From a virus (lineage: Duplodnaviria > Caudoviricetes), in the IMG/VR virus record IMGVR_UViG_2939702853_000004, positions 37,038-101,037 of that record: a DNA stretch of 64,000 nucleotides. One strand, 5' to 3'. The translations under genes and the position numbers were made by a program. The notes beneath the pieces were generated by a model. The model searched no databases, was not told the origin of the DNA, and saw only the letters and a list, made by a program, of their open reading frames with translations. Below, piece by piece: positions 62,450 to 64,000 of the stretch; position 1 is the stretch's first letter; every line of letters starts with the position of its first letter.

Positions 62450-62767
62450 TTAGAATGTCAATTGCAATTTTTGTCTTTTAATAAACGCTTTTACTTCTGA
62501 AATGCCCCATACTTCTTTTTGATAATCTTTTATATTTTGACTTAAATTATTGTCTACGTAGTTAAATACAACTATAACTCCATCCATAATTAATCTGTCA
62601 AGATATGAGCCAACTTTACTAATTGCAATTGAAAACAAATCTCCTTGAGCATCTTCAATAAAGATAGCTTCACCTATGTTCAAACCTTTAACAAAACACA
62701 ACTTTAACTCTTTACTCTTAAGCTCGGATATAATGTTTTTAAAATCTACTGTAATAGTATTTTTCAT
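62450..62767 (-). CDS. hypothetical phage protein
   Basis: ORF with GGAGG RBS, flanked by sites 62420 and 62793. Confidence 0.7.
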   Translation of the reverse strand: MKNTITVDFKNIISELKSKELKLCFVKGLNIGEAIFIEDAQGDLFSIAISKVGSYLDRLIMDGVIVVFNYVDNNLSQNIKDYQKEVWGISEVKAFIKRQKLQLTF

Positions 62768-62920
62768 TGTTTTATTCCTCCAATTTTTTGAATAAAATGA
62801 GTATTTTAAGTTGTCTACAGTGCAGCGTTACTCGTTACAGTACATTGTTACAGTTGCAACCTAGCCAGATGATTCTGGCTAACGCTCAGAGCCTAATGCG
62901 ATTTATAGTCGCTCTGACGA

Positions 62921-63175
62921 CTAAATATTTTGATAGGGATATTCGATTATTTTGTTATTAACAATATCGGATATAAAAGTGAAAGCCATTTTAGCAGCAT
63001 TTGTTTTTTCTCCCAATGGAGAAGCTGGACAAGATGCAAGGCGTAATAATTTTTCAATACGTTTGTTGCATATTTTTAATTCTTTTACATCTGCAACCAT
63101 CATTTCAATAGCTTCAATAATTGAGCAGTCTCTCAAAAACTCATTCCATATTATTTCAACTTTCTCTTTATTCAT
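62921..63175 (-). CDS. hypothetical protein (DUF2786-like motif)
   Basis: RIEKLLRLA...GE..AA..A. Confidence 0.55.
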   Translation of the reverse strand: MNKEKVEIIWNEFLRDCSIIEAIEMMVADVKELKICNKRIEKLLRLASCPASPLGEKTNAAKMAFTFISDIVNNKIIEYPYQNI

Positions 63176-63211
63176 TTAAAGTCGCCTCCTATGTATTTAC
63201 CTTATGAATTT

Positions 63212-63258
63212 ATTATAGCACACGTTTATTATTATATCAAGTATTTAATTATATTTGT
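63212..63258 (-). promoter_or_regulatory. sigmaA promoter (TTGATA-17-TATAAT) with upstream ACAAATATAATTAAA motif
   Basis: Direct sequence match. Confidence 0.7.
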
Positions 63259-63295
63259 TTATTGATTTACTATCAATTAAAGTAAAATATCAGTT

Positions 63296-63526
63296 TTATA
63301 ACCCTTTTGACTGAACATATGAATAATACTCTTCAAACGATTTACATCCTCCACGCTGCTTATAGTCCATGTACTGCTCCAGTACAATTTGATTGAATTG
63401 CTTTGAAGTTAAATCGGCAGGATTTATACTTCCCTGTAAATAATTCCAATATAGCCGCGACACATTAGAAGGCTTTTTCTTCGGTTTGTTCTTTCTCATG
63501 TAATCACCAACTTCCCTTTCGTACAT
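63296..63526 (-). CDS. hypothetical phage protein
   Basis: ORF; stop codon inside site 63283. Confidence 0.6.
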   Translation of the reverse strand: MYEREVGDYMRKNKPKKKPSNVSRLYWNYLQGSINPADLTSKQFNQIVLEQYMDYKQRGGCKSFEEYYSYVQSKGL

Positions 63527-63535
63527 ACCTATTTG

Positions 63536-64000
63536 TTAATTTGCTCTTGCTGATTCCTCTTCAAGCTTATCAATAACAACCAACACTGTGTTGGCTCCGG
63601 TTCCCGACTCCTTAAACGAACCTTCTGGTAGCTTCTCATAATAACCCTTATCATTTAGCCAGCTACGAAAATGAATACTCTTAGAATCACTAGCAAATGT
63701 CCAATGTGGTGACATAATAGCGATGAGCCTTCCTCCATCCTTAAGACAGTCGTATGCTTTCAATACGTGATCAACATCTTTCCCTTTTTCAAAGGGTGGA
63801 TTCATTATTACTTTGTCATACTTAGTAAACGGCACAAATTCGATAAAATCATTAGCAACTAACTTGTACTGCTTTAACTCAAGAATTTGACATAGCGTAT
63901 AATTCCACTCTATACAATGCAAATCAGCATTTAGGTTATTGTCTTGTATATATTCATTTACACAGTCTAAGATATTACCGTTGCCAGCACTTGGTTCCAA
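63536..64000 (-). CDS. N6-adenine methyltransferase-type domain (gamma order), 5' part outside window
   Basis: EPSAGNG motif I, MNPPF motif IV, FKESGT. Confidence 0.85.
   Translation of the reverse strand: MEPSAGNGNILDCVNEYIQDNNLNADLHCIEWNYTLCQILELKQYKLVANDFIEFVPFTKYDKVIMNPPFEKGKDVDHVLKAYDCLKDGGRLIAIMSPHWTFASDSKSIHFRSWLNDKGYYEKLPEGSFKESGTGANTVLVVIDKLEEESARAN

Larger units (their letters stand above)
2466..63298. repeat. dispersed family of about 60 gene-boundary sites RTAAAA-N6-TTTTAY (half-site variants TCAAA/TGAAA/TAAAG and TTTGA/TTTCA/CTTTA)
   Basis: Perfect TAAAA-N6-TTTTA starting at 2466, 3525, 3773, 4451, 4861, 11843, 12961, 13714, 14641, 15398, 16499, 17233, 19151, 19717, 20689, 21983, 22994, 25082, 26626, 29900, 34405, 43146, 44938, 47076, 47957, 48751, 49311, 50689, 52559, 58494, 62134, 62219, 62793, 63283, plus 1-2 mismatch variants. 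Confidence 0.9.
1..64000. mobile_element. SPbeta-like temperate phage/prophage, early and replication region (extends beyond both window edges)
   Basis: Gene set and order resemble SPbeta (RecJ, primase, DnaB, YorH-like, ligase, YorG/YorF-like, YopQ/YopR-like); also Gp157, Rha, antirepressor and dense small co-oriented ORFs. Confidence 0.9.

Noticed and set aside
1756-63179. Most plus-strand ORFs in the track (e.g. 1756, 8529, 14685, 21718, 31668, 35561, 54001)
   Set aside because: Antisense shadows of well-supported minus-strand genes, without RBS or motifs. Only 9289, 41726, 42610, 58860 and 59677 are accepted.
2466-63298. Boundary motif as intrinsic terminators or CRISPR repeats
   Set aside because: A 5-bp A/U stem is too weak, variants are non-compensatory, and spacing follows gene length with no constant repeat-spacer period.

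Overview
AT-rich segment of a large SPbeta-like temperate phage or prophage, most likely of Paenibacillus (host inferred from the AloR-type receptor, YhjD-like and stand-alone LytTR proteins). It covers the early/replication arm, almost all on the minus strand. Core genes: RecJ, primase, DnaB helicase, ATP-dependent ligase, YorF/YorG-like SSB and AAA ATPase, two DNA methyltransferases, a tRNA(CAU), and a YopQ/YopR(MrpR)-like lysogeny pair, plus about 100 small accessory ORFs. Main observations: (1) about 60 copies of a quasi-palindromic site, RTAAAA-N6-TTTTAY, sit at the boundaries of accessory genes and often supply their stop codon. They are absent from core operons, and one cuts a yspA/yoqJ-like gene in half. 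This looks like an integron- or pdif-like gene-cassette shuffling system. (2) A kinase-less agr-like module (membrane sensor, AgrB, AgrD, stand-alone LytTR) lies directly downstream of the master repressor. (3) A second peptide system pairs an HTH-less AloR-like TPR receptor with a secreted HG-motif propeptide. (4) DnaB, primase and RecJ appear to start on ATT/ATA codons. (5) A solo MazF sits behind a LexA box, and sigmaA promoters share a conserved operator-like motif. All protein assignments come from motif recognition by eye, not database searches.
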